Position numbers and translations under genes: made by a program. A stretch of DNA of 62,936 nt, filler included, from Thraustochytrium aureum (lineage: Eukaryota), in the NCBI GenBank assembly GCA_012862495.1. It is 4 parts of 3 records of this genome, joined end to end, with 100 filler letters (N's around TTAATTAATTAA, not from the genome) between each part and the next. Parts side by side here need not be neighbours in the genome. Positions count along the whole stretch, not along the records: positions 1 to 31,032 come from BLSG01000103.1; positions 31,133 to 59,826 come from BLSG01000103.1; 2 more parts are not named here. One strand, 5' to 3'. Of this stretch, positions 23,250-34,367 are shown in pieces. Numbering within the stretch: position 1 is the first letter of the stretch; every line of letters begins with the position of its first letter. The notes beneath the pieces are model-generated. The model did not search any database, had not been told where the DNA came from, and saw only the letters and a program-made list of their open reading frames with translations.

Positions 23250-25381
23250 CGGCGGCGCGCGCATGTACGAAGACACAAGTTGCGTTGCTTGCTACATACC
23301 TAACGATAGATTTATATCTCGGCGCGCGCGGCGCCCGCCACCTAGGCGCGGATGCCCGGCCCGGCCCCGTTGGGGCCCTGCGCGGCGCACTCGTGGGCTG
23401 CAAAGTGCGACTGCCCCCCGCAAAGTCGGCTGGCAAGGACAAAAGCGGCGGCGGCGGCGGCGGCGGCGGCGGTGATGGCGGCGGCGAAGGTGGCGAGGGC
23501 GCGCACGGCCCGTGCCCCTTTGCGTTTGTTTCAGGCGCGCTTGGCTCAGAGACGGCCTCCCCCGAGGTGTGCCCCCCCACCGCAAGCGCCCCAGCGAAGG
23601 GCTCTTCGAGCGCACTCGCACCGTCGGCCCGTCCAAACTCTATGCCGTGCAGTCGCGAAGCTAAGAGGAAGAGCGGGTGGATGCGGTGGCGCTCGGCCTG
23701 TCGGTCGCCTTGGCCGGCCCCATCCATGAGAACCAGCGGCAGCTTGAAGAAACAGTACTTGAGGACCTTTTTCGCCTCCTCGGGGGGCTTCGCCCCCAGG
23801 TCGCCGTGCGCGAGGCCGTACCACGAGCCGAGAAGGAGCTTGTTACTCGACATGTGGCTCTCGTTGTAGTCGCGCTTGATGGCCGGGTACGGCACGCCTT
23901 CGTCGAACAACTCCTCCGCGTCCTCGCGAGCGGCGTAGCGAAGCAAAAAGTGCCTGCGAAAGTATCCGAGCCACTGAGCGCCCGTTGAGGTCGGTGTGCG
24001 CAGCCAGACATCGCGGAGCCGCTCGCCCAGCTCTCGGTCCTGCTCCATTTCATCCATCAGCTCGTCCAGGGACACCGGACGTCCCTTGGCGTAAAACACG
24101 CGCGGATAGTGCGGGCTGTCCCGGTTCTGTTCGAGCATCCATCGCACCCCGCTCGTGGCGACAATTTCGTCGCGCGCGACCCTGACTGAGGAGAAGTAGA
24201 CAGGGATTGCAGCGAGAGGCTGCCCAGACTCATCAACGCCGCCCTCCTCCTCGGCGATCGCTGGGGCCCGCTTTTTGCGGCCTCGCTTCACTTTTCGGCC
24301 CGGCAACGCGGCCTTGCGCTTCCGAGACTTTGCGCTGGACAGCTCTGCCTCGAGCGACGGCGAGGGCGAGCCGCCAGTTTGGGCCGCCGGCTCGGCCGCC
24401 TCCGCGACGCTGCTGCTCCCGCTCCCAGTCGAGCCCGCTGCGGATTCGTCGGGGCTTACGCGCTGAAACAGCTGCCGACGGAGGCTATCGAGCATGTGCG
24501 CCGCGGCGTCCACCTCGTCTTTGACCGACGACGCTCTGCCCAATTCTTCGCTCGCGGCGAAACCGTCCTCGGAGCCAGCACCCTCGCTAGGTCCTCCTCC
24601 CAGTCCCGCGAGCAAAGCGTTTGGCGACGCGGCTGCATTTCCGCCCCTCGACAGGGCGCTGCTGCAGCCGATCAGGTCGCCGAGTCCGAGCGACGTCGCC
24701 AAGTCCTGCGAGCGCTGCATGGAGATTTGGAAAGGAGCCAGCCACAGCTCGCTCGCCGGCAAGCCGCTCGCCTGCTCCTCGCAGTCCCGGCGAGGCACCG
24801 CGGCCGCCTCCCCTTCGTGCAGCGCGGTTTCCGTGAGCGGCTCGCGCGGCGACGTGCTAGCCGAGCTCGCCAAAGGGCTGATCGTGCCAAAGCCAGGGCT
24901 ACACGACGCTAGCCCGGAGAGCGAGCTGAGCAGGCCCTGGATTGTGTGGTCCGCTTCGGGGCCGTGCGCGGCCCCGACGCCAAACCCCACGTCCAAACCG
25001 CAATTGTTCGGCGCGCAGAGGCGACTGAGTTCCTCGAGGGCTTCGCCCACCGAGCCGCCGAGTCCAAGCGCGCTTCCAGCGACTGGCCCACTTTGCACGG
25101 CCTGGGCAGCGGCGCGGGAGCCGCCGCGCTCGATCCGCTCGAGCGCGGCAGCCACGCGACCGAGGCTCGCTCGCTGCTCTGCCAGCTGCTCCAAAATAGC
25201 CGCCTGGCCCCGCTCGAGCGAGCTCACAGCCTCTGCCAGCTGCGCGTCAAGCCGCGCTCTCGCGCGGTCGTCCCGAGGAGTGCACTCCTCGGCGTCGTCC
25301 GGCGCCCCGAGCCTCGCGAGCGCCGCGAGCGCCTCCAGCGCCCCGTCGTGCGCTGCGGCGTCGCCACCCGCATCGTCCGCA
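23233..25381 (-). CDS. Hypothetical protein (coiled coil, low complexity, NLS-like basic patch, globular C-terminal region); 5' in gap
   Basis: More than 700 open codons with SRKRK/KVKRGRKKR and a poly-Pro tract. The exact 3' end is doubtful because it overlaps the neighbouring stop codon. Confidence 0.55.
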
Positions 25382-26140
25382 NNNNNNNNNNNNNNNNNNN
25401 NNNNNNNNNNNNNNNNNNNNNNNNNNNNNNNNNNNNNNNNNNNNNNNNNNNNNNNNNNNNNNNNNNNNNNNNNNNNNNNNNNNNNNNNNNNNNNNNNNNN
25501 NNNNNNNNNNNNNNNNNNNNNNNNNNNNNNNNNNNNNNNNNNNNNNNNNNNNNNNNNNNNNNNNNNNNNNNNNNNNNNNNNNNNNNNNNNNNNNNNNNNN
25601 NNNNNNNNNNNNNNNNNNNNNNNNNNNNNNNNNNNNNNNNNNNNNNNNNNNNNNNNNNNNNNNNNNNNNNNNNNNNNNNNNNNNNNNNNNNNNNNNNNNN
25701 NNNNNNNNNNNNNNNNNNNNNNNNNNNNNNNNNNNNNNNNNNNNNNNNNNNNNNNNNNNNNNNNNNNNNNNNNNNNNNNNNNNNNNNNNNNNNNNNNNNN
25801 NNNNNNNNNNNNNNNNNNNNNNNNNNNNNNNNNNNNNNNNNNNNNNNNNNNNNNNNNNNNNNNNNNNNNNNNNNNNNNNNNNNNNNNNNNNNNNNNNNNN
25901 NNNNNNNNNNNNNNNNNNNNNNNNNNNNNNNNNNNNNNNNNNNNNNNNNNNNNNNNNNNNNNNNNNNNNNNNNNNNNNNNNNNNNNNNNNNNNNNNNNNN
26001 NNNNNNNNNNNNNNNNNNNNNNNNNNNNNNNNNNNNNNNNNNNNNNNNNNNNNNNNNNNNNNNNNNNNNNNNNNNNNNNNNNNNNNNNNNNNNNNNNNNN
26101 NNNNNNNNNNNNNNNNNNNNNNNNNNNNNNNNNNNNNNNN

Positions 26141-26831
26141 GCCCTTGCTGGGGCTCGACCCGCGCGCCGTCTCTGCCTATGTTGAGTACATGGCGCTGTC
26201 GGGCCCGCTTGCAAACGTCTCGCGGTTGGCCCGCGGCGTCGGGGCGCCGTACGAGCCCCTTCTCGGCCAGATCTCGTCGGAAAACCTGTGGGTCTCTGGT
26301 GGGGCTACCGTTGGGTGCCTGCATTTTGACCCGTACGAAAACTTTCTGGCCCAGGTGGCGGGGTCCAAGACCTTTACGCTCTACCACCCTCACGAGAACG
26401 CTCGATTCCGCGAGGGCCACCTTCGCGAGGCCGAGTTTGAGCTCGACCTCGAGGGCGGCCTCTTGTCGAGAACGCGCCTGCCGGAGACCACCTCGATTGT
26501 GAACAGCCCCTTGGACGCGCCCGGGTCTGTGCCTGGTTCGCCGGTAGTGTGTGATGTGGAGGAGGGCGACATGGTGTTTGTCCCCTCGTTCTGGTGGCAC
26601 CAGGTTGAGTCGACGGCCGGCGCTTCCTCGGCGCTTCCGGGCCTCAACTGGAACCTCGCGCTAAACTACTGGTTCTCTCCGATCTTCCGCAAGACTTACC
26701 CATGTGCGTCGTGCCCGCTGCGCGTTGATACCCGGTCTGCGCTGTTTGGCAACCGCACAGGCGCTCCTCCAATAAGGTCGGCGCCAACTGCTGCTCTCAA
26801 TGCGACCTGCTCGCCATCTCCTGATGCCTGA
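26141..26831 (+). CDS. JmjC/cupin-8 Fe(II)/2-oxoglutarate oxygenase; 5' in gap
   Basis: NLWV, LHFDPYENFLAQVAGSK.F.L, GDMVFVPSFWWHQVES and ALNYWF give the HxD...H facial triad. Confidence 0.9.
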
Positions 26832-27147
26832 ACCATAAGCGCCGGCGCGAACGCAAGTCACCAGCCAGGAAGCCTGAGGCTTGCGGCGCGAATGCGAGTC
26901 ACCCGACAGAATGCGCGCGAACATCAGTTTCGCTTCGCCAACTCCGCGTCCGTCGGTGCAGACCTGCCCTGCAGCAAGACGCAAGAATCCAAATCCAAAC
27001 CAATTTGGACAGCAGTGCTGGGATGATGGCGATGCTCATCGGGCGCTGCTCCCCGCACTAGCCTCGCGTCGAGCTACCACATTCCGGCTGGGCTCCAGCG
27101 ACGCACCGCATGGCAAGCGGCGCTGGGAACGGAATCTGGGAATGGCG

Positions 27148-27630
27148 ATCGATTTTCGTTTGTTCTTTCTTTCAATCGACTGAAATCATTCAATCGATTT
27201 ATAATTCAATCGATTTTTATGGGTCTATCGAGGAACAGCGACTCGATAATTCAATCGATTATATAGTTCACTTGAGGGCCTATCGAGGAACAGCGATTCG
27301 ATAATTCAATCGATTATATTGTTCACTCGAGGGTCGATCGAGGGTCCATCGATTGTACGGATCGATGAAGCGTACCGTAAATCGATTACTGATCAATCNN
27401 NNNNNNNNNNNNNNNNNNNNNNNNNNNNNNNNNNNNNNNNNNNNNNNNNNNNNNNNNNNNNNNNNNNNNNNNNNNNNNNNNNNNNNNNNNNNNNNNNNNN
27501 NNNNNNNNNNNNNNNNNNNNNNNNNNNNNNNNNNNNNNNNNNNNNNNNNNNNNNNNNNNNNNNNNNNNNNNNNNNGTACCGTAAATCGATTACTGATCAA
27601 TCGATTATCATTCAATCGATTATTCAATCT
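27148..27630. repeat. AT-rich, ATCGAT-rich repetitive island including a ~55-bp tandem duplication
   Basis: About 11 ATCGAT copies. The unit ctatcgaggaacagcga(c/t)tcgataattcaatcgattatat.gttcact.gaggg occurs twice (~27225-27333). The same 27 bp flank both sides of the gap (27372-27398 and 27576-27602). Confidence 0.8.
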
Positions 27631-27863
27631 ATCTTGCAGGTGAGTAGCGGCCGCGAGCGGGCAGAGCCGCATCGCGGACGCGCAGGCAGTGCAGTGCGGT
27701 GCGTGCGGTGCGTGCGGGGCGTGCGGGGCGTGCGGGGCTCGCGGGCGACAGTGGACTGGCGCGCGTGAACAGCGGGCGACTGGCGCGCGGTGGGTTGGTT
27801 GTGGGCGCGCGGGCGGCCAAAGGGGCATCGCGGTGCGGACGGGCGTTGGACACGTGGCTCGTG

Positions 27864-30659
27864 ATGAGCGCGGCAGCTGGTAGTGAAGAGGAGCCGCAAG
27901 GCGGGAACAGCCTCGTGTCGTCGGTGATGAGGGAGTTTAACACGATTCGCGCGGGGGATAAGGCGAAGAGCGAGGACGAAGAGGCGGTGCTGAGCCCGTA
28001 TGCCGGCCTGGAGAAGAGCGCCGTGCTGCAAGAGGCATCGGCGGCCTTCAATGACCCGCAAGTGGTCAAGCTGGAGCCGGCCAAGTGCTGCCTGCTGATC
28101 ACAAAGCTGCTCTACCTGCTGGCGCAAGGCGAAAAGTTCGAGGGCCGCGACGCGGAGGGCGTGTTTTTCGCAGTGACCAAACTGTTCCAGAGCCAAAACA
28201 CCGCCCTCCGGCGCATGACGTACCTATTCATCAAGGAGGTCGCCGAGAGCACCGAGCCGGAGAACGTGATCATCGTGATCCAGAGCCTGACCAAGGACAT
28301 GAACTCCAACGTCGACCTGTACCGCGCCAACGCGATCAGGGTGCTCTGCAAGATCATCGATGCAAGCATCCTGAGCCAGATCGACCGTTACATCAACCAG
28401 GCCGTGGTGGACCGCAACGCGCTCGTGTCGGCCTCGGCCCTCATCTGCGGCAACCAGATGGTGGCCGACCCGCAAAAGCTCGACGTCGTGCGCCGCTGGG
28501 CAAACGAGGTCCAGGAGACGGTCAACAACCGCAGCGACATGGTCCAGTACCAGGCCCTGGCGCTGCTCTACTCGATCAAGGCGCACGACCGCCTCGCAGT
28601 GGGCCGCATCGTGCAACAGTACTCGAAGAGCACCCTGACCTCGCCGCTGGCCATGTGCCTCCTCATCCGGTACACGAGCAAGCTGCTGCACGACGACATG
28701 AGCGCCACGAACGCGCGGGGCGCCTACGAGTTTCTCGAGTCCTGCCTGCACCACAAGAGCGAAATGGTAATCCTCGAGGCGGCGCGGGCCATGTGCCGCC
28801 TGCCCGAGGTGGCCCCGCAGGACATCATGCCAGCCATCACGGTCCTGCAGCTGTTCCTGAGCTCGCCCAAGCCGAGCCTCCGCTTCGCTGCGGTCCGCAC
28901 CCTGAACGAGGTCGCCATGAAGCACCCCAACGTGATCACGCGGGCCAACGACGACATGACCAACCTGATCACCGACGCGAACAAGAGCATCGCCACGCTG
29001 GCCATCACCACGCTCCTCAAGACGGGCTCCGAGGGCTCGATCGACAACCTGATGAAGCAGATCTCGGGCTTTATCGCCGACATCGCGGACGAGTTCAAGA
29101 TCGTCGTCGTCCGCGCTGTGCGCGCGCTGTGCCTCAAATACCCTGGCAAGCATCGCGTCTTGCTCAACTTTCTCAGCTCGATCCTTCGCGACGAAGGCGG
29201 CTTTGAGTTCAAAAAGGTCGTGGTCGACACCATCCTGCAGCTCGTGGAACAGATCCCCAGCGCCAAGGAGGCCGGACTGTTCCATTTGTGCGAGTTTATC
29301 GAAGACTGCGAGTTCAACTCGCTCTCGGCGCAGATCTTGCACGTTTTGGGTGAGCAGGGGCCCACGACGAGCCAGCCGGCGCGCTTTATTCGCTTCATCA
29401 CGAACCGGGTAATCCTCGAGAACGCCGCCGTTCGCGCCGCTGCAGTTTCGGCCCTCGGCAAGTTTGGCTCGCAGGTCGACGCGCTCACTGATAGCATCAT
29501 CTTGCTCCTTGAGCGCTCGCTCAACGACGAGGATGATGAGGTTCGCGATCGCACGGCGATGTGCCTGCATGTCCTGCGCAACGTGCGCGCCAAGTCGAGC
29601 CCGGCCAGCTCGCGCGTGCTCATCGAGCCGCTCCCAGTCAACCACAACACGCTCATGCGCAGCCTCGAGCTTTACAAGCACCGCCCTGCGCCCGGCCCGC
29701 TCACCCTCGACGCCTTGCCCGTCGTCGAGGACAATGCCGCCGAGCTGGCTCGCGAGGAGGAGGAGACCGGCGTGGGTGGCCTGGACGCGGCCGACGCTGC
29801 GTCGCCCGCCGCTGCCGCTTTCGAGCTGTCTGGCCAGTCCGCCCCGTCGCGCGAGGAGGCGTATGCCGAGCAGCTGTACAGCGTGCCCGAGTTTGCTTCG
29901 CTTGGGCCGCTGTTCAAGTCGGCCAAGCTCGTCGAGCTTACCGAGAGCGAAACCGAGTATCTCGTGTCGTGCATCAAGCACGTTTTTGCAGAGCACATCG
30001 TACTCCAGTTCAACGTCACCAACACGCTCGAGGACCAGCTTCTCACCAACGTACGCGTTGTGGTGGAGGACGCAGAGTGTGAGGAGTGGGAGGTTGTGCT
30101 GGTCAAGCCCATTCCCGCCCTCAAGTACAATGTGCCCGGGCAGGCCTACGTGCTCCTCAAACGCCCGGAGGGGCTCTACCAGGCCACCTTTAGCGTCGAC
30201 CTCAAGTTTAACATGCAAGACTGCGACCCCGCCACTGGCGAGGCCTTTGACCCAGACGAGGAGGGCATCGAGGAGGACTACCCGGTCGAGCAGCTCGACC
30301 TCAACACGACCGACTTTGTCTCGCGCGTTCAGGTCAACAACTTTAAGGGCCTCTGGGAGACGGTGGGCAAAGACAATGAGGTCATGGCCAAGTTCGAGCT
30401 CGCGCAGCACAAGACGCTCAAGGACGCCATTGCCGCAGTTGTGGACGCGCTCGGTCTTCGCGCTTGCGAAGGCACAGACTCTGTGCCGCACAACGCCACT
30501 GCGCAAAACGTGCTCCTCTCGGGCAACTTTCTGGGCGGCGTCAAGGTTTTGGCGCGATCCGCCTTTTCCCTGTCGCCTAGCGGCCAGGGAATCAACCTCA
30601 AGATCGCCATCCGCTCGGACGACGGGGAGATTTCGCAGCTCATTATGGACGCGATTTAG
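27864..30659 (+). CDS. COPG: Coatomer subunit gamma (gamma-COP)
   Basis: Uninterrupted ~930-aa ORF with KSAVLQEA..FND, FFAVTKLFQS, LYRANAIRVLCKI, HLCEFIEDCEF, ILENAAVRAAAVSALGKFG, DEDDEVRDR and ELTESETEY. Confidence 0.97.
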   Translation: MSAAAGSEEEPQGGNSLVSSVMREFNTIRAGDKAKSEDEEAVLSPYAGLEKSAVLQEASAAFNDPQVVKLEPAKCCLLITKLLYLLAQGEKFEGRDAEGVFFAVTKLFQSQNTALRRMTYLFIKEVAESTEPENVIIVIQSLTKDMNSNVDLYRANAIRVLCKIIDASILSQIDRYINQAVVDRNALVSASALICGNQMVADPQKLDVVRRWANEVQETVNNRSDMVQYQALALLYSIKAHDRLAVGRIVQQYSKSTLTSPLAMCLLIRYTSKLLHDDMSATNARGAYEFLESCLHHKSEMVILEAARAMCRLPEVAPQDIMPAITVLQLFLSSPKPSLRFAAVRTLNEVAMKHPNVITRANDDMTNLITDANKSIATLAITTLLKTGSEGSIDNLMKQISGFIADIADEFKIVVVRAVRALCLKYPGKHRVLLNFLSSILRDEGGFEFKKVVVDTILQLVEQIPSAKEAGLFHLCEFIEDCEFNSLSAQILHVLGEQGPTTSQPARFIRFITNRVILENAAVRAAAVSALGKFGSQVDALTDSIILLLERSLNDEDDEVRDRTAMCLHVLRNVRAKSSPASSRVLIEPLPVNHNTLMRSLELYKHRPAPGPLTLDALPVVEDNAAELAREEEETGVGGLDAADAASPAAAAFELSGQSAPSREEAYAEQLYSVPEFASLGPLFKSAKLVELTESETEYLVSCIKHVFAEHIVLQFNVTNTLEDQLLTNVRVVVEDAECEEWEVVLVKPIPALKYNVPGQAYVLLKRPEGLYQATFSVDLKFNMQDCDPATGEAFDPDEEGIEEDYPVEQLDLNTTDFVSRVQVNNFKGLWETVGKDNEVMAKFELAQHKTLKDAIAAVVDALGLRACEGTDSVPHNATAQNVLLSGNFLGGVKVLARSAFSLSPSGQGINLKIAIRSDDGEISQLIMDAI

Positions 30660-30833
30660 AGAAACACTCGACTAGACTAATCCATCTCGCTCGTCGACAC
30701 CGTATCATGTTCGTCCTTGTTTGCGATGGGGCTCGAGCGACATTGCGCTCAGCACCCGCTCAGCAGCAGCAGCACAGGAGCGAGCAGGCCAAGACCGGGG
30801 AACGCGCCTCGCACGGCGCCGCTTGCGACGTCG

Positions 30834-31032
30834 TCACCACTCAGTGGCCCGGTAGTCTTTCAGGAAAACCGAATGGAGCCTTTCGCCGCCGTTCATACCG
30901 GAGACCACCGGGTCCAGGACGCGCGCGGCTGCGTCGACCTCGTCTATTGGGGTTTGAAAGTTGTTGCGCTTGGCAGTTGCTGCCGCTTTGGCCAGGGGCT
31001 GCTCGTCGTTGACCCAGCCCGTGTCCACTGCA
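30834..31032 (-). CDS. C-terminal fragment of an SDR oxidoreductase, paralogue of 34368-36479; rest lost at linker
   Basis: VDTGWVNDE...FQTPIDEVDAAARVLDP...FLKDY...W aligns residue for residue with the C-terminus of the downstream SDR. Confidence 0.8.
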
Positions 31033-31076
31033 NNNNNNNNNNNNNNNNNNNNNNNNNNNNNNNNNNNNNNNNNNNN

Positions 31077-31088
31077 TTAATTAATTAA
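31077..31088. other. Artificial scaffold linker (TTAATTAATTAA within a 100-nt N spacer)
   Basis: Six-frame stop linker flanked by N runs; identical copies at 59871 and 61514. Confidence 0.95.
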
Positions 31089-31385
31089 NNNNNNNNNNNN
31101 NNNNNNNNNNNNNNNNNNNNNNNNNNNNNNNNAAAGGGGCGGTTGTGCGTGCCTGCGGCCGCCGCACTGCGGGCAAAAGGCCCCGCGGACGCTGAAGCGG
31201 ATTGCTGGGGTTTCTTTGTGTTAACGTAGAATAGATAGTGCGCGATAGGCGGGATTTTGGCGACGCTCTCGGCGGTGTGCTGGCTGGCGTCGATGGGTCG
31301 GCTGGCTCGTTGGGCCTGCAGCTGCGAAGCTCGGCAGATGAGAGTGAGCATGTGCACAAATGGAGGTTTGTCGACGACGATTTTG

Positions 31386-33833
31386 CTAGGCAGCAGATGA
31401 CGATTGACTCTTCTTTTCGCTGGGCACGGCTGCGTCGAGGAGAACGCACCCGCCTCCGCGAGGGGCGAGCGTTCGACGCCTCGGCTTTCGCGCCGCGGCT
31501 GGCGCTGCAGCTGAATCCTCGGTCGGTGTCGCAGCGCCCTCCCTCGCCTTGCGGGGTTTTGGCTTCAAGTACGTGCGTGGCGGCCGCGAGACCCGCCCGC
31601 GGCTGGGCTTTGGGGCCAACCGCGGCGGCTCGTCGTCACTTGCTTGGGGCGAAAAGTCCGAGTCGTCCTCGTCCGAGTCGTCCTCCTCGGAATCGTTGCA
31701 CTCCTGTGCAGAACCTTGCATGGGTGAAGCTGGCGCCACGGGCTGCGATGCTGCGGTGCGCGCTGCCCGCTTGGGCCGAAGGTTGTACTTGACGGCTGGC
31801 TCAAACGGTTCATCGAATGGGCTCACCGCCTCCCGCTCCATGTGATCATCATCTGCAACGCCCTGCAACAAAGCACTGCGGTTGTCAATGTCTTTCGGAG
31901 TGCTTTGAGCGCCGCCACCTTCATCGGCGCTTTGGCCCTCAAATCCCGCTTCGGGGGTCCCGAATTCCTCGTCGTCGGACTCTGCGTCTACGAAATCATC
32001 GTCTGTGTCTGAGCTGCTGTGCCTCGCGATACCTGACTTGCTGTCGGCGCGGTCTCCAGAGCGCCTAGTCGTTGAATCAAGCTTGCTCTCCGAAACTGCA
32101 CAGGTCACAGAGGACGACGGCGCAGTTCTCTCCTCCGCGTTCTCCTCTCGTTCTCCTTTCTCGCTGGCGCTGTCACCGTGCAAAGAGCTATCAACCTCAC
32201 TCGTACCACCCTCAGAGCGAGCGCTCTCCGCTGGCTCTGCGTGGCTCAGGAATGGCAACGCGAAGGCCGAATCGGTTTCGACGTCGTCTTGGGCGCTCCT
32301 GGCGTCGTCGCTTTGACAGGGTGCGTAGTCGAGCTCGCGCTGGGCGTTGTCGCTTTGGGTGGCTTCCTCGTCGCTGCTTTCGTCGTTGGAAGTGCTCTTG
32401 GTGTCGACGCCTTGATCGTCGTCGAGCTCATCGCCTTGGGCAACGCTGCGGTCGCTCTCAACATCCTCTTCGCCACTGCGGCACTCTTCCTCGCCGCTTG
32501 CACGTTCGCTCATGAGGTCGCTCTCACTTTCTTCGTCCCCTTCTGATTCATGGACTGCGGCAAATGGTAAAAGCGTTGACCGATCGAGCGTCGATTCCTC
32601 CCCCATGCCATCACTAAAGTCGCCGGGTTCATCTCCTTCTGAGCCGGAATTGCCAGCCACAGAGGCCTCCTCAGCCCCCTCATTAGCGCCCGGGTTGCTT
32701 GCCTCTGCAGACGCAAAGCTCGCTCTCTCAACGTGCTCGATCTCAGAAGCGACACTTCCATCGACTGACTGGAACTCCAGCTCAGCAGCGTTTGGCATGG
32801 CTCTCTCCGCCGGAGCTGCGGAGACGCGAAGCGGCGCCGTGATGTCAGTTCTGACGATGAGCCGTAAAGCGCGATGCGCGCTCTCCAGGCCGGCGCACTG
32901 TGCTGCTTGCAGGTCGAGGCGGCTCTCGATCTCGCTGAGCTTTCCGCATGCCGCGCGGAAGGCCTCGTACTGCTCGACAGCTCGGCTCAACGGGGACGCC
33001 TCCTCACGGCGTTGCTCTTGCAGAGCCGCAGCCAAGTTGGCATTTTGCTCGGAGACTCGCTCTCTATCGGCTGTTAGCTCGGCCACGCGGACGGTCAACA
33101 GCTCAACCTCCTTGCGGAGCGCGGCTTCAGCCCTGTCCAATGGGCCTGGCGCCATCTCGGAGTCTGCTTGTTGGCGCTTCCACAGGCGCTCCCGGTCCTG
33201 CACGAGCTCGGCCACACGGTCGGTCATCATCTGGATTTCCTTGGCAAGTGCCTCGTTCTCGCTTGTCAGAGCTGCGTTTTCGCGGGTCTTGCTTTCGAGG
33301 CTGGCCAAGAGGCGCCGGTTCTCGCGAGCGAGCTCGGCCGTAAGCCTGGCGCTGTCGGCCGCCTTGCTCTCGTTCCGTCGTCGCCCGTCAGCGAGGTCCT
33401 GCAGCACCGCCCAGCATGTGCTTGGTATAAGTGGCGGCGCCGGGTCTGCGTGAGCGTGGTTGCTCTGGCCAGGTTGGCCACTCGTCTGAACAAAGCCCGG
33501 GAGCGGCAACATGCCAAACGGCGCGCGCGTTCCGTTCAAGGCTTCGCTTTCCTCGAGCGTCAGATTTACAGAGCTCATCAAGTCGCTTTCCCACGACACG
33601 CTGGCAGCTCTGTCGCCGCCCGCGCGCGCAGGCGTGCAGGGCGGCCCCGTCGAGCCTTCCTCCAGGCACGGCTCCGGAGTCGCGACCGATCTCGCGCCCT
33701 CAAGCTGCATCGCATCTGCCCTTCGCATCCCTGGCGTCACGGGCAGCTGCGGCGAGGCGGCATCCAGGGCGGCTGGCGTCGTTGGCGAAGAGGGCGGCCA
33801 TTTCGCCCGAAATGGCGTTGTGCTCAAATCCAT
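31386..33833 (-). CDS. Hypothetical protein: N-terminal coiled coil, long acidic region, basic C-terminus
   Basis: About 815 open codons from ATG 33833, with heptad-like repeats (LARENRRLLASLE..., VAELVQDRE, VAELTADRE) and D/E/S-rich tracts. Confidence 0.7.
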   Translation of the reverse strand: MDLSTTPFRAKWPPSSPTTPAALDAASPQLPVTPGMRRADAMQLEGARSVATPEPCLEEGSTGPPCTPARAGGDRAASVSWESDLMSSVNLTLEESEALNGTRAPFGMLPLPGFVQTSGQPGQSNHAHADPAPPLIPSTCWAVLQDLADGRRRNESKAADSARLTAELARENRRLLASLESKTRENAALTSENEALAKEIQMMTDRVAELVQDRERLWKRQQADSEMAPGPLDRAEAALRKEVELLTVRVAELTADRERVSEQNANLAAALQEQRREEASPLSRAVEQYEAFRAACGKLSEIESRLDLQAAQCAGLESAHRALRLIVRTDITAPLRVSAAPAERAMPNAAELEFQSVDGSVASEIEHVERASFASAEASNPGANEGAEEASVAGNSGSEGDEPGDFSDGMGEESTLDRSTLLPFAAVHESEGDEESESDLMSERASGEEECRSGEEDVESDRSVAQGDELDDDQGVDTKSTSNDESSDEEATQSDNAQRELDYAPCQSDDARSAQDDVETDSAFALPFLSHAEPAESARSEGGTSEVDSSLHGDSASEKGEREENAEERTAPSSSVTCAVSESKLDSTTRRSGDRADSKSGIARHSSSDTDDDFVDAESDDEEFGTPEAGFEGQSADEGGGAQSTPKDIDNRSALLQGVADDDHMEREAVSPFDEPFEPAVKYNLRPKRAARTAASQPVAPASPMQGSAQECNDSEEDDSDEDDSDFSPQASDDEPPRLAPKPSRGRVSRPPRTYLKPKPRKAREGAATPTEDSAAAPAAARKPRRRTLAPRGGGCVLLDAAVPSEKKSQSSSAA

Positions 33834-34367
33834 CGAGGGACCGGGCGAGCCCAGCGAGACAGCGCGCTCGCGCGGCGCAAGTAGCAGGTCTACGGGCAAG
33901 CGAGCGAGCTTGCAGAGTGCCTCGGGCTCTGCTGTAGCCAGGCAGCCAGGCAGGCGGGCAGCCAGGCGCCCTCCTTGATGCGTTTGTTGCTTGGTCTGCC
34001 GGACTCGAACAACCGCTGCGCTCGGAACACATTCGTCGAAACTCGCGCACATGACGTGCATGTGCGTTGTGTGCGTTGAGCTTGCGTGCTTGACGTTGCA
34101 CGATGTGGCGTTGGGCTACAGCGCGGGGCTTGCGCGTCGTGGATCGCGATGCGCAAGGTCTGCTCGTCGTGAGTCGTGGTGCGTTTGGCTTTCGAGTGGC
34201 TGGCCCTTGACGCGAGTCTGCGGGGACAACTTCAACCCGCCCTGCCGCGGTGCGCAGCAGGAAAAACGAAACTTGCTTGTTGTTCGAAAAGAAGGCCTAC
34301 TCGAGCACTCCCCGCGTACTGGTAGCGGCTTGGTCGTTTCTTCATTGCTGTGTGTTCTGAGCTGGTT

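Noticed and set aside
27225..27333. CRISPR-like array
   Set aside because: Only two full tandem units with no unique spacers, in a eukaryotic context with no cas genes.
27372..27602. 27-bp direct repeat as a target-site duplication or LTR
   Set aside because: The copies abut both edges of an N gap and are probably overlapping contig ends.
28224..30506. 760-aa antisense ORF over COPG, and similar long antisense or overlapping ORFs elsewhere
   Set aside because: These are shadow ORFs caused by high GC3 codon bias and carry no recognisable motifs.
31033..31132. TTAATTAATTAA palindromes (also at 59871 and 61514) as biological elements
   Set aside because: They are identical six-frame stop linkers centred in 100-nt N spacers, so they are assembly artefacts.
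31386..33833. Shugoshin identity (coiled coil plus basic C-terminus with RPKRAAR)
   Set aside because: The SGO motif (Y.EP.L..K.RR) is not convincingly present, so the protein is left as hypothetical.
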